Notes under the pieces: generated by a model
What the model was told of the DNA's origin: nothing
What the model saw: only the letters and a program-made list of their open reading frames with translations
The model's database searches: none
Shown: piece after piece, positions 9,645 through 18,952 of the stretch
How the letters are laid out: every line of letters begins with the position of its first letter
Position numbering within the stretch: position 1 is the stretch's first letter
Position numbers and translations under genes: made by a program
NCBI GenBank assembly: GCA_029933005.1
Contig: JAOZOY010000008.1
Location: forward strand, 1 to 59,614
Direction: 5' to 3'
DNA from: Deltaproteobacteria bacterium
GTDB lineage: Bacteria > Desulfobacterota > Desulfobulbia > Desulfobulbales > SURF-16
Length of the DNA: 59,614 nt

Positions 9645-10049
9645 TTAAAGTTTGATAAAATTAAAAAGCGGGTTTTGCAGCCGATCTCCCGGTGTTTTCG
9701 AATGTCGTTCAGAGAGAACATATCTGATGCCGGGTTCATGCATAGCCACGTTCCTGATGGCGGTTTCTCTGCTGTTGTTCATGTCTATAAATGAAGTGAC
9801 ATTGACACTGATTTCTTTCCCCTTAGCCACAAATTCCGTGGCGGCTTTTCGGGCTGTCTGGTGAAGAATGGATATTGCTTTCCCTTTTTCCTCCGCTCTT
9901 GAAGACGCCTGTTCATTGATGCTCAAGGTGACGATTTCAAAATCAAGCCTTTGCGCCATTTTCAAAGCATATGCGACGAGATGTGATGAAAATGACCCAT
10001 TGCTTATGACAAGTATTTTGGGTGTTGTCATCTCTGTTTTGATAACCAT
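9645..10049 (-). CDS. Small USP-like protein
   Basis: PKILV...YALKMAQRLDFEIVTLSI resembles a USP N-terminus; first gene after the sigma-54 promoter. Confidence 0.55.
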   Translation of the reverse strand: MVIKTEMTTPKILVISNGSFSSHLVAYALKMAQRLDFEIVTLSINEQASSRAEEKGKAISILHQTARKAATEFVAKGKEISVNVTSFIDMNNSRETAIRNVAMHEPGIRYVLSERHSKTPGDRLQNPLFNFIKL

Positions 10050-10095
10050 TTCCGTCGCTCGTTTTTATGATCCGGGATCGTTTGTCGTGTTTAAA

Positions 10096-10113
10096 TAGCA
10101 GGAAATGTGCCGA
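10096..10113 (-). promoter_or_regulatory. Sigma-54 (-24/-12) promoter
   Basis: Minus strand TCGGCACATTTCCTGCTA: GG-N10-GC with GGCAC, ~47 bp upstream of the 10049 start. Confidence 0.7.
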
Positions 10114-10141
10114 TGGTAATTTTTTATTCATTTATTTGTAA

Positions 10142-10154
10142 AATCAACAAGTTA
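10142..10154 (+). promoter_or_regulatory. IHF binding site
   Basis: aatcaacaagtta matches WATCAANNNNTTR, lying between the sigma-54 promoter and the enhancer palindrome. Confidence 0.6.
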
Positions 10155-10208
10155 TGTCTTCTGTTCTGGCATAATATAAGTGAAATACAGTGGTTGATTC
10201 GTTTGAAG

Positions 10209-10225
10209 TGTTACAAATTGCAACA
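10209..10225. promoter_or_regulatory. Candidate enhancer (UAS) for an NtrC-family activator
   Basis: Near-perfect palindrome tgttacaaattgcaaca ~100 bp upstream of the -24 box. Confidence 0.55.
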
Positions 10226-10378
10226 CAGGAAGAGGGGTTAAGAGTTTTAAATGGGGATGAAATGTGTGAAGAAAATCCCTAGTAAATTTTTCTGAATATC
10301 TGGTTTGTACTGGTATGCTGTCAGGGTAAGCATGTGCTCAATAGCTGCCCGGGAAATATGGGGTTTGATATGAAAGTT

Positions 10379-10433
10379 TCTCACAGGGCTTGTCGAGACA
10401 GGGAAAAACCTCTGTGAATCTAGTGCCTGTGTG
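10379..10433. repeat. Degenerate CACAGAG/CTCTGTG hairpin repeat
   Basis: tctcacaggg...ctctgtgaatctagtgcctgtgtg resembles the copies at 25890, 31237, 42508 and 51183. Confidence 0.45.
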
Positions 10434-10550
10434 TTATTTTATGATCTGCTAAGATTTTTAGTCGTGAGAGTTGAATTGATTGAATATTCTCTCTCTGAAC
10501 AGATATAAATATCTTTTTTGCCCGGTGTAATTATGGTATTGATGGTGGTG

Positions 10551-10585
10551 TGTTGCATTTTGCATCGGTGTAACAATATGCAACC
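10551..10585. promoter_or_regulatory. Tandem pair of UAS-like sites
   Basis: tgttgcattttgcatcg and tgtaacaatatgcaacc, same TGTTGCA-N3-TGCAACA pattern as 10209. Confidence 0.5.
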
Positions 10586-10596
10586 TTCAGAGGGGT

Positions 10597-10686
10597 AAGA
10601 ATAGTTACTATGGCCCTATTTGAACAGTTACGTTATTTTAAAATAAATACCGGGATTTTTACCCCGGTTGTATCCTGAATAGTTAC
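10597..10686. repeat. Cluster of three GAA-N3-TTAC end motifs (element remnant)
   Basis: gaatagttac, tgaacagttac and cctgaatagttac in direct orientation; the last ends 5 bp before the kinase ATG. Confidence 0.55.
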
Positions 10687-10691
10687 CCTTA

Positions 10692-12128
10692 ATGTTCTCC
10701 TTAACCCTGCGAAAACTTCTCATCCTCTATGCCTTAATTTACTTTTGTATCCTGATTGTTCTCGCGATTATTTTTTCCCGGGATCTGCAGATGTTGGATA
10801 AGGAATTTGAGCATCTTTCATGTACCAGTCATGTCAATACCGTGATCATGATGATCAGGAAGACGGAAACGGATTATATACTCGGCAGCCGGGAGCAGGA
10901 TTTTCAACAGAACAGAAAACTTCTGGAAGATCTTGGAGATACACTTGAAAGCATGGTGGGCAATTTCAGTGACACCAAGTTTCCTCTTGACCTGAAGGGG
11001 CTTTCCGGCCTGCCTGGAGAATACCGGGCTGCCATGGGAGAGCTTCGGCGGCAAATGACAAATGATATGGCAGCCGATCATGAGATAAACAATGTTGAAG
11101 CTCTGGGCCTGAAGCTGCTGGAGTATTCCGGCCGACTCATCAGGGATGAACAGGAAAGGTTAGGGGTGCTGGTTTCTTCTTTTAAAAGAAAACTGGTTAT
11201 ATTTGTTCCTGTTTTTCTGCTGGTTTTTATTCTCATTTCTTTTTTTCAATTGCGTGGCGTTTTGAATTACCTGAAAAAACTCGAAGATGCGGCAATGGCC
11301 ATAGCAAAAGGAAATTTTTCTTACCTTAAGCCTGGCCAGGACCGGGGCTATGTCCATGGAGTTTACGTCTTTCGGGCCTTTAATAAAATGCTGGAAGAAT
11401 TGAAGGTGAACCAGGAGAAGCTCCTTGAATCCCATAAACTTTCCTCCCTTGGTACTCTGGCATCAGGTATCGCCCATCAGCTGAACAATCCGCTTAATAA
11501 TATTGCCACCTCAAGCCAGATTGGCCTTATTGAGCTTGAAGAGGGAGATCCTGGCCTGACCGCCGGAATGCTGAAAATAATCAATGAGGAAGCCCTGCGG
11601 GCCGGTGATATTGTTCATGGTCTGCTTGAATACTCCAGACAGGAGATGCTGACTATTCAACCGGCATTTCTGGCCCAGGTCGTCAACAAGGCAGTTCGCC
11701 TGATGGGTGATACCATTCCAGCGGATATCGAGATCAAAAACCTGGTTCCGGATGATTTGTCCTTTCCCATGGATGCCCGGAAAATGACGGAGGTTTTTTT
11801 GAATCTTTTGACCAATGCCGTCCATGCCATACAACCGCCGGGTTCTATTTCCCTGGCTGCTGAAATTCAGAAAGAACAGAAACGGATGACAATTCGGGTA
11901 AGGGATACCGGCAAGGGGATGGAAGATTCCGTTGTCCGCCATATTTTTGATCCTTTTTTTACCACCAAGGAAGAAGGTGAAGGAACCGGACTCGGCCTGG
12001 CGGTGGTCCAGGGTATTATACGCCAGCATGGTGGAACGATCAGGGCGGTGAGTCAGAAAGGAATGGGAACAGTTTTCTATATTGATTTTTCTCTTGTGGA
12101 AAGAACGTTCCAGGAGACGGAAAAGTGA
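10692..12128 (+). CDS. HAMP-domain sensor histidine kinase
   Basis: Two TM segments, HAMP-like linker, ASGIAHQLNNPL, LNLLTNA, DTGKG, FDPFFTTK, GTGLGL. Confidence 0.9.
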   Translation: MFSLTLRKLLILYALIYFCILIVLAIIFSRDLQMLDKEFEHLSCTSHVNTVIMMIRKTETDYILGSREQDFQQNRKLLEDLGDTLESMVGNFSDTKFPLDLKGLSGLPGEYRAAMGELRRQMTNDMAADHEINNVEALGLKLLEYSGRLIRDEQERLGVLVSSFKRKLVIFVPVFLLVFILISFFQLRGVLNYLKKLEDAAMAIAKGNFSYLKPGQDRGYVHGVYVFRAFNKMLEELKVNQEKLLESHKLSSLGTLASGIAHQLNNPLNNIATSSQIGLIELEEGDPGLTAGMLKIINEEALRAGDIVHGLLEYSRQEMLTIQPAFLAQVVNKAVRLMGDTIPADIEIKNLVPDDLSFPMDARKMTEVFLNLLTNAVHAIQPPGSISLAAEIQKEQKRMTIRVRDTGKGMEDSVVRHIFDPFFTTKEEGEGTGLGLAVVQGIIRQHGGTIRAVSQKGMGTVFYIDFSLVERTFQETEK

Positions 12129-12301
12129 AGGAATTTAGTCTTTTAGAAATTTTTTTATGTTATTTGTGGCAAGAAATTTAAAAATTTCTTTGAAATAAAC
12201 ATCTTGCCTTTACTGTTAAGGGACTTATACCCCTCAAGGGGATACTGAAAAGAGTCCTGAAAACCCTGATGTTTTATTCCATTTTAGTGGGTTAGGAGAG
12301 T

Positions 12302-13690
12302 ATGAATAGATCGCAAAGCATTCATATCCTTGTCGTGGATGACGAGGTGATCAACCGGGAAAACATCGCCCATGTTCTCGGCAGGGATGGCTATGTCATA
12401 GAGGTTGCCGACAACGGCCTGGAGGCCATTGCCAGGATGGATAAGATCCGGTTTGATCTGGTTATTACAGATCTGCGGATGGCTAAAATGGACGGCATAG
12501 AACTCATGGAGGTTGTCAAGGACAGACAGCCTGATGCCGAGGTTATTATTGTTACCGGCTATGGCACGGTGAACTCGGCAGTGGATGCCATGCAGAGGGG
12601 AGCGTTTTATTATTTGCCAAAACCCTTTGAAGTCTCAAGGCTCCGTGAACTGGTGGAAACGGCTCTGGAAAAAACAAAACTCCGCCGCGAGGTGGCTGAG
12701 TTGAAAAGGCGTCTGCACAACGGTCAGCCACGGACGAAATTTATCGGCCGTAATCCGGCTATTTTGAAATTAAAAGATGATATTGCCGAAGTCGCCCAGT
12801 TGGAATGTCATGTCCTGATAACCGGGGAAACCGGGACCGGCAAAGAACTGGTGGCCTCGACCATATATGAGTTAAGCTCACGGGCGAACAAACGTTTTTT
12901 ACCCATAAACTGCGGCGCCCTCACTGAAGAACTCATGCTCAACGAACTATTCGGTCATGAAAAAGAGGCCTTTACCGGCGCTGGAAAATTCCGGAAAGGA
13001 TTGCTGGAATCAGCGGATGGCGGGGTTGTTTTGTTTGATGAAATTGGCGAAATGCCTTTGAGCATGCAGGTGAAGCTTTTGCGCGTCCTGCAGGAAAAAA
13101 AGATAATCCGGGTGGGAGGAACAACAGAAATTCCCATTGACGTCCGCATCCTGTCGGCAACGAATCGTGACCTGAAAAAGGAGGTGGAACAGGGGCGATT
13201 CCGCCGTGATCTCTATTATCGAATCAATGTGGTTCCTTTGTTTATTCCTCCCCTGCGGGAGCATAAAGATGATATTCCGCTGTTGGTCAGTCATTTTCTG
13301 GCGAAATTTTCGCTCATGAACAAAATGGAAAAAATGATCTCTCCCGAGGCTATGGAGCTCCTGGCCGGTTATGATTATCCTGGAAATGTCAGGGAGTTGG
13401 AAAATATTATTGAACGTTCCCTGGCCATGTGCAGTGAATCTGAAATCAAGGCGCATCATCTTCCCGCTGACCTGGGAATGGGCAGGAAGACGTCGGTGTC
13501 AGGCCCATCCGGGGAAGAAACTTTTCAGAGCCTGGAAGAGCATGAGGTGGAATATATTCTTTCCATTTTGAAGAAGGTGGACGGTAACAAGAGCAGGGCT
13601 GCAAGAATTATAGGCATTGACCGGGTATCTCTCTGGCGTAAACTAAAAAGATATGACGGGAAAGGGTTTGATGTCGCAGCCTATCTATAG
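12302..13690 (+). CDS. Sigma-54-dependent NtrC-family response regulator (REC-AAA+-Fis HTH)
   Basis: VVDDE, ITDLRM, GETGTGKE, GHEKEAFTGA, LFDEIGEM, FRRDLYYR, PGNVRELEN, AARIIGIDRVSLWRKL. Confidence 0.95.
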   Translation: MNRSQSIHILVVDDEVINRENIAHVLGRDGYVIEVADNGLEAIARMDKIRFDLVITDLRMAKMDGIELMEVVKDRQPDAEVIIVTGYGTVNSAVDAMQRGAFYYLPKPFEVSRLRELVETALEKTKLRREVAELKRRLHNGQPRTKFIGRNPAILKLKDDIAEVAQLECHVLITGETGTGKELVASTIYELSSRANKRFLPINCGALTEELMLNELFGHEKEAFTGAGKFRKGLLESADGGVVLFDEIGEMPLSMQVKLLRVLQEKKIIRVGGTTEIPIDVRILSATNRDLKKEVEQGRFRRDLYYRINVVPLFIPPLREHKDDIPLLVSHFLAKFSLMNKMEKMISPEAMELLAGYDYPGNVRELENIIERSLAMCSESEIKAHHLPADLGMGRKTSVSGPSGEETFQSLEEHEVEYILSILKKVDGNKSRAARIIGIDRVSLWRKLKRYDGKGFDVAAYL

Positions 13691-13796
13691 TAAATATTCG
13701 GCAGCACTTTCCTGGAAGGCGATCAGGTTGACCAGCATACCGATGTATAGCCCATCAGCCTGCTTACCTCTCTGTGAAGCACTGCCAAATATTTAC
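13690..13796. repeat. GTAA-end hairpin element (two-motif form) overlapping the regulator stop codon
   Basis: gtaaatattcggcag...ctgccaaatatttac; imperfect internal stem; no TSD seen. Confidence 0.7.
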
Positions 13797-13812
13797 AAAT
13801 TGGTGGTTTCAG

Positions 13813-14664
13813 CTATTTCCCAATAACAAGAACAGGACGCTGGGCCGTGGCAATAACCTTCCGGCTGACATGCCCCATGAGCATCTCGGACAAACCTGAG
13901 CGGCCATAGCCGCCCATGATGATCATATCAGAATTTTTTTCCTTAGCCTGTTCGACGATTATATCCTCGGGCCGGCCAACCAGGGCAATCGCATCCATTT
14001 CTTTGCCGACATTGGCTTGATTGTACAACTCACTGGCATAATTGACATTCTCATTGGCCCAGTCGAGTTGTGATTCGTCTCGAGCAACAGAGAGTATCGT
14101 CATTCTTTTCAAAGAAGTACATTTTTTTGCCAGGCTTATTGTTTCCCGTGCAGCTATCTCGCTGAACTCAGATCCGTCAGTGGCGAGAAGAACGCTTTCA
14201 CCGGATATAATATAATCCATTGGAACAACAAGAACCTTGGGAAAGCCGTGACCGATCACCTTGGAGGTCATGCTGCCGATGAAAAATTTACTGAGGCCCT
14301 TCTTCTTGTGCAGGCCCATAATAATCAGATCGGCCTTATGTTTAGCAGCCTCGTCAACAATTGTTTTATCCGCCTGATCAGACCCGGTAATAACAATTTG
14401 GCAATCGATCCCTTTGGTTTGCGCCATTTTTTTAATTCGTTCAAGCTCGGGATCAACCTTTTTTGAACGTTCAGTCACCTGAGAATGCATGGACGCTGCC
14501 GTTTCAGGAAAAATCTTCACGACATGGAGAACGACAAGTTTCGCGTTGCAGGCCTGGCCAAAAAATATCGCTTCCTGAACCGCCCCCTCACTGTATCCTG
14601 TCCCATCTGTTGCTAATAAAATTGTCTCAACTTCCCCAAGGAGACGTGTCCTGTAGTTATTCAT
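13813..14664 (-). CDS. Universal stress protein (tandem USP), copy 1
   Basis: ILLATDG, IIMG...FFIGSMT, IIMGGYGRSG...MGHVS. Confidence 0.9.
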   Translation of the reverse strand: MNNYRTRLLGEVETILLATDGTGYSEGAVQEAIFFGQACNAKLVVLHVVKIFPETAASMHSQVTERSKKVDPELERIKKMAQTKGIDCQIVITGSDQADKTIVDEAAKHKADLIIMGLHKKKGLSKFFIGSMTSKVIGHGFPKVLVVPMDYIISGESVLLATDGSEFSEIAARETISLAKKCTSLKRMTILSVARDESQLDWANENVNYASELYNQANVGKEMDAIALVGRPEDIIVEQAKEKNSDMIIMGGYGRSGLSEMLMGHVSRKVIATAQRPVLVIGK

Positions 14665-14738
14665 GCTTTTCTCTCTTTTTTAAATTTTCAATGCAAACGC
14701 AGTCGGCCCCGTTTCTGATCATTTTACATGACCAGCTG

Positions 14739-15632
14739 TTATTTCCCGATAATAAGAACAGGACGCTGGGCCGTGGCAATAACCTTCCAGCTGACATGAC
14801 CCATGAGCATCTCGGACAAACCTGAGCGGCCATAGCCGCCCATGATAATCATATCGATATTTTTCTCCCTGGCCTGTTCGACGATTATATCCTCGGGCCG
14901 GCCAACCAGGGCAACAGCATCAAGTTCTTTGTCGACATCGGCCTGGTCATACAACTTAATGGCATAATTTATATTTTCATTAGCCCGATCAAGTTGCGAT
15001 TCGTCCCGAGCAACGGAAACAATGGTTATTTTTGTCAAAGCAGTACATTTTTTTGCCATACTTATCGTTTCCCGGGCAGCCATCTCACTGAATTCAGATC
15101 CGTCAGTGGCCAGAAGAACACTTTCACCGGATATTATATAATCTTTCGGCACAACAAGAACCTTTTGAAAGCCGTGACCGATCACCTTGGAGGTCATGCT
15201 GCCGATGAAAAATTTACTGAGGCCCTTCTTCTTATGCAGTCCCATCACAATTATATCTGCTTTATGTTTAACAGCCTCGTCAACAATTGTTTTATCCGCC
15301 TGATAGGAGCCGACAACAACAACCTTACAGTCGATCCTTTCGGTTTCTGCCATTGCTTTAATACGTTCAAGCTCGGGATTAACCTTTTTTGACTGTTCAT
15401 CCACCTTGGCATGCGTGGGAGCCACCGTTTCAGCCAAGATTTCCACTAGATCATGCATGGAAGCCGTCATTTCAGCCAATATCTTTACGACATGGAGAAC
15501 GACAAGTTTCGCGTTACAGGCCTGTCCCAAAAATATTGCTTCCTGAATCGCCCCCTCACTGTATCCAGTCCCATCCGTTGCCAATAAAATTGTCTTAATT
15601 TCCCCAAGGAGACGTGTTTTATAGCTATTCAT
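14739..15632 (-). CDS. Universal stress protein (tandem USP), copy 2
   Basis: Paralog of 13813-14664 with long identical DNA stretches and a 14-aa internal duplication. Confidence 0.9.
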   Translation of the reverse strand: MNSYKTRLLGEIKTILLATDGTGYSEGAIQEAIFLGQACNAKLVVLHVVKILAEMTASMHDLVEILAETVAPTHAKVDEQSKKVNPELERIKAMAETERIDCKVVVVGSYQADKTIVDEAVKHKADIIVMGLHKKKGLSKFFIGSMTSKVIGHGFQKVLVVPKDYIISGESVLLATDGSEFSEMAARETISMAKKCTALTKITIVSVARDESQLDRANENINYAIKLYDQADVDKELDAVALVGRPEDIIVEQAREKNIDMIIMGGYGRSGLSEMLMGHVSWKVIATAQRPVLIIGK

Positions 15633-15773
15633 GTTTTTTCTCCTCTTTTTTAATTTACAATTATGTCATTTTATGGACATGTAGCCTAAATTTTATACAG
15701 CTCAAGACATACATCCAATCTACTGAATTGTCTACATTTACAAAATGTAAAAACATGAAACAGAACAAAATGC

Positions 15774-15832
15774 TTGACATCCCCAAATATAGAAATATAA
15801 ATACTGTCGAAAAATGACTGGGCACTCAGTTA
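15774..15832 (+). promoter_or_regulatory. Sigma-70 promoter with TetR-type operator
   Basis: TTGACA (15774) and TATAAA (15796, 16-bp spacer), then near-palindrome tgactgggcactcagtta (15815-15832) just before tetR. Confidence 0.5.
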
Positions 15833-15859
15833 ATTGCAAGCTAGCAAAAAATAAATTTC

Positions 15860-16459
15860 ATGTCAAAAAAAATAACCAAAAAAAAAGCCATACTCCAGGC
15901 GGCTACTCTTTTTTTTTCGGAAAAAGGTTACCGTGACACCTCAATGGGTGATATTGCCAGGGAGACAGGCGTTGCCGACGGGACTGTGTTTTATCATTTT
16001 AAAAGCAAGGAAGATCTTTTTCTTGCCGTCCTGGCAAACTTCAAGGAGAGTGTCATCCATGAGTTTGAAATATATCTTCAGGAAAATAAGTTCAACACCG
16101 GGCTCGAAATGGTAGAGGGTATTATTTCTTTTTATTTTGATATGGCTGCAAGAATGGAAGAACGTTTTCTTCTCCTCCACCGTCATTATCCATACCGGTT
16201 AGCCGAGGAAAATCCCATTTGCAGAAAACATCTTGAGGATATTTACAACTGTTTTTTGAATATTTTCGAAAAGGCGGTTCTGATGGGACAGAGAGACGGC
16301 TCCATCGCCTCGATGTCGGCACGAAAAACAACTTTGATTCTTTTTATCATGGTGGACGCCCTGGCGCGGCTGAATACCTACAATCTTTATCATGCCGGCG
16401 ATCTTTTTGACGAGCTATTGGAATCATGCCGGAAAATTTTGAAAAAGGACAAAGCATAA
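15860..16459 (+). CDS. TetR/AcrR family transcriptional regulator
   Basis: ILQAA..FFSEKGY..TSMGDIARETGVADGTVFYHFKSKEDL HTH. Confidence 0.92.
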   Translation: MSKKITKKKAILQAATLFFSEKGYRDTSMGDIARETGVADGTVFYHFKSKEDLFLAVLANFKESVIHEFEIYLQENKFNTGLEMVEGIISFYFDMAARMEERFLLLHRHYPYRLAEENPICRKHLEDIYNCFLNIFEKAVLMGQRDGSIASMSARKTTLILFIMVDALARLNTYNLYHAGDLFDELLESCRKILKKDKA

Positions 16460-16553
16460 GTACGCGAAATTGATTTTATATTTATGATATATTTCCCAAA
16501 CATGAGAGAGAGAAGCGGTTTTTTACTAAATTTTTAACAGGACAGGAGAGGCA

Positions 16554-18707
16554 ATGATAACTAAAATTTTTCCATTTCTTTTGTGGTTCAAGGGATACAA
16601 GCTTGGACTATTCAGGGCTGACGCCATTGCCGGTATCACCGTGGCGCTGGTACTCATCCCCCAATCCATGGCCTATGCCCAGTTGGCCGGGCTGCCGGCC
16701 TATTACGGTTTATACGCGGCCTTTCTGCCGCCCATGGTTGCCGCCCTGTTCGGCTCAAGCCGGCAGCTTGGTACCGGCCCTGTGGCAGTTGTGTCACTTA
16801 TGTCAGCGGCATCGCTTGAGCCCCTGGCCACGGCCGGCAGCGCGGAATTCATTGCCTATTCCATTGTCCTAGCCATGATTGTTGGCATTTTCCAGTTTTC
16901 TCTCGGGGTTCTCAGGCTCGGCCTGGTGGTCAATTTTCTTTCCCATCCGGTTATTAATGGTTTTACCAACGCCGCGGCCATTATTATTGCCTCATCCCAG
17001 TTTTCCAAGTTTTTCGGGGTCTATGTGGATAAGGCGGCTCACCATTATGAAACCATGATGCGGGTCGGCCAGGCGGCAATGGATTTTACCCATTGGCCCA
17101 CCCTGATATTTGGTGTTTCCGCGGTGGTCATCATGGTTGTTTTGAAAAAAATCAACCCGAAAATTCCAAACGTTCTGGTGGCCGTGGCCTTGACCACGAT
17201 TGTCTCCTATTTTATCGGCTTTAACAAGGATGCAAATGTCCCGGTGTCAGCGTTTCAGATTCCGGAACTTACGGAAATGGTTGAGACGTTTAACCACGCT
17301 ACCAATGAAATCACCGCACTTGGCCAAGAAAGGGCGGCTCTCGGTAAAGAGCTTGATGAGGCAAAAAAGACACGGACCGGCCATGGGATTTCCATGGAAG
17401 AGGTTGAGCTGCAAAGTCAAATTGATCTCCTGACGATTAAAATGGACGAGGCCAAACATCATGCCCATGAAGTTCGCTATGAACTTCGTCATCTGAAATT
17501 TGAGGCGATGGAGGATGGCGATAGTTACACCTTTTACCCCAAAGATAATCTGCCGCAAGGTCTAGCAACTGACGGCGGTACCTGGCGGATCAAGGTCAAA
17601 AACTCCCCGTTAAATCCCGAGAACCTGCTTGTCATGGGAGGCGGGGCCATCGTCGGCAAAATCCCTGAAGGATTGCCTAAATTTACCGTGCCGGAATTAA
17701 CCGTTAAGTCCTTTTTCAAACTCCTGCCAACCGCGATTATCATCTCTCTGCTTGGTTTCATGGAAGCCATCGCCATTGCCAAGGCCATGGCTGCCAAAAC
17801 AGGCCAGAAAATTGATCCCAACCAGGAACTTATCGGCCAGGGTCTGGGAAACATTTTGGGATCAATCTCCTCAAGTTATGCCACATCCGGCTCATTCTCC
17901 CGTTCCGCCGTTAACCTCCAGGCCGGTGCCGTCACAGGAATTTCAAGTGTTGTCACCAGCCTTGTGGTGATCATCACGCTGTTGTTTTTGACCCCGTTGC
18001 TTTATCATCTGCCCCAGGCGGTTCTTGCCGCGGTTATCATGATGGCGGTTATTGGTCTGGTCAATACCAGCGGTTTTGTTCATTCCTGGAAGGCCCAGTG
18101 GTATGACGGTGCTATTTCCATTATTACCTTTGTGGTCACTCTGATTTATGCGCCCCATCTGGACAAGGGTATTATGGTAGGCGTCGCCCTTTCCATGGGC
18201 GTTTTTCTTTACAAATCAATGCGTCCCGTTGTTGCCAGCCTTTCCATGTACGAGGATAAGGTGCTGAAAAGCTCCGAGCATTACCGCCTCAAGGGTTGCA
18301 AGCATGTTGCCGTAGTCCGCTTTGACGGCGCTCTTTTCTTTGCCAATGCCAGCTATCTTGATGAACAGGTGGCTAAATTTCGGGATCAACGGCCTGATCT
18401 GCGCTATATTCTTCTGGATGCAGGCGGTATTAACGACATGGACGCGTCCGGCGAAGAGGCTCTGGCCATGCTGGTTGAACGGGTTCGCTCGGCCGGTCTC
18501 GGCTTTGCCATCAGCAGCGTCAAGGGATCCGTCATGGCTGTCATGGAACGAACCCATCTGCTCGACAAAATAGGTATGGAACATTTTTATTCGACAACAG
18601 TGTCTGCGGTCAAGGATATTGTCCGCATCATCCATCACCAGACTGATCTGCCCGAGGGCGGTTGTGAAAATTGTCCTTTAACCCAGTATCTGCCAGAGGC
18701 GGAATAG
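16554..18707 (+). CDS. SulP family anion (sulfate) permease with STAS domain
   Basis: DAIAGITVALVLIPQSMAYA, GFTNAAA, NQELIGQG, GSFSRSA, DGALFFAN, INDMDASG. Confidence 0.92.
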   Translation: MITKIFPFLLWFKGYKLGLFRADAIAGITVALVLIPQSMAYAQLAGLPAYYGLYAAFLPPMVAALFGSSRQLGTGPVAVVSLMSAASLEPLATAGSAEFIAYSIVLAMIVGIFQFSLGVLRLGLVVNFLSHPVINGFTNAAAIIIASSQFSKFFGVYVDKAAHHYETMMRVGQAAMDFTHWPTLIFGVSAVVIMVVLKKINPKIPNVLVAVALTTIVSYFIGFNKDANVPVSAFQIPELTEMVETFNHATNEITALGQERAALGKELDEAKKTRTGHGISMEEVELQSQIDLLTIKMDEAKHHAHEVRYELRHLKFEAMEDGDSYTFYPKDNLPQGLATDGGTWRIKVKNSPLNPENLLVMGGGAIVGKIPEGLPKFTVPELTVKSFFKLLPTAIIISLLGFMEAIAIAKAMAAKTGQKIDPNQELIGQGLGNILGSISSSYATSGSFSRSAVNLQAGAVTGISSVVTSLVVIITLLFLTPLLYHLPQAVLAAVIMMAVIGLVNTSGFVHSWKAQWYDGAISIITFVVTLIYAPHLDKGIMVGVALSMGVFLYKSMRPVVASLSMYEDKVLKSSEHYRLKGCKHVAVVRFDGALFFANASYLDEQVAKFRDQRPDLRYILLDAGGINDMDASGEEALAMLVERVRSAGLGFAISSVKGSVMAVMERTHLLDKIGMEHFYSTTVSAVKDIVRIIHHQTDLPEGGCENCPLTQYLPEAE

Positions 18708-18782
18708 TTCTTTCATGAGCTTACAGAAAATCTGGTCTTCAGGACTAGGTTAGAGCTAGATGGTTCTATAGGCATTAAGCTC

Positions 18783-18813
18783 AAAAGCCTACCCCAGTGG
18801 GGTAGGCTTTTTT
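18783..18813 (+). terminator. Rho-independent terminator
   Basis: aaaagcctacccca-g-tggggtaggctttttt. Confidence 0.85.
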
Positions 18814-18952
18814 ATTTTTGTTTTTTCACTGTACGCTCAGCTGTTACCTTTTATGCTTCATGGTGACCGGTTATAGGGAGAGTAGTCTAAAGAGATTTTT
18901 TATTCATATTGCTGTTAATTTTGAATTATAGATTTTATCGAGAACGAATCTA

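Noticed and set aside
10597-10686. Three short direct repeats as a mini-CRISPR
   Set aside because: Repeats are only ~11 bp, spacing is irregular (23 and 55 bp) and no cas genes are present.
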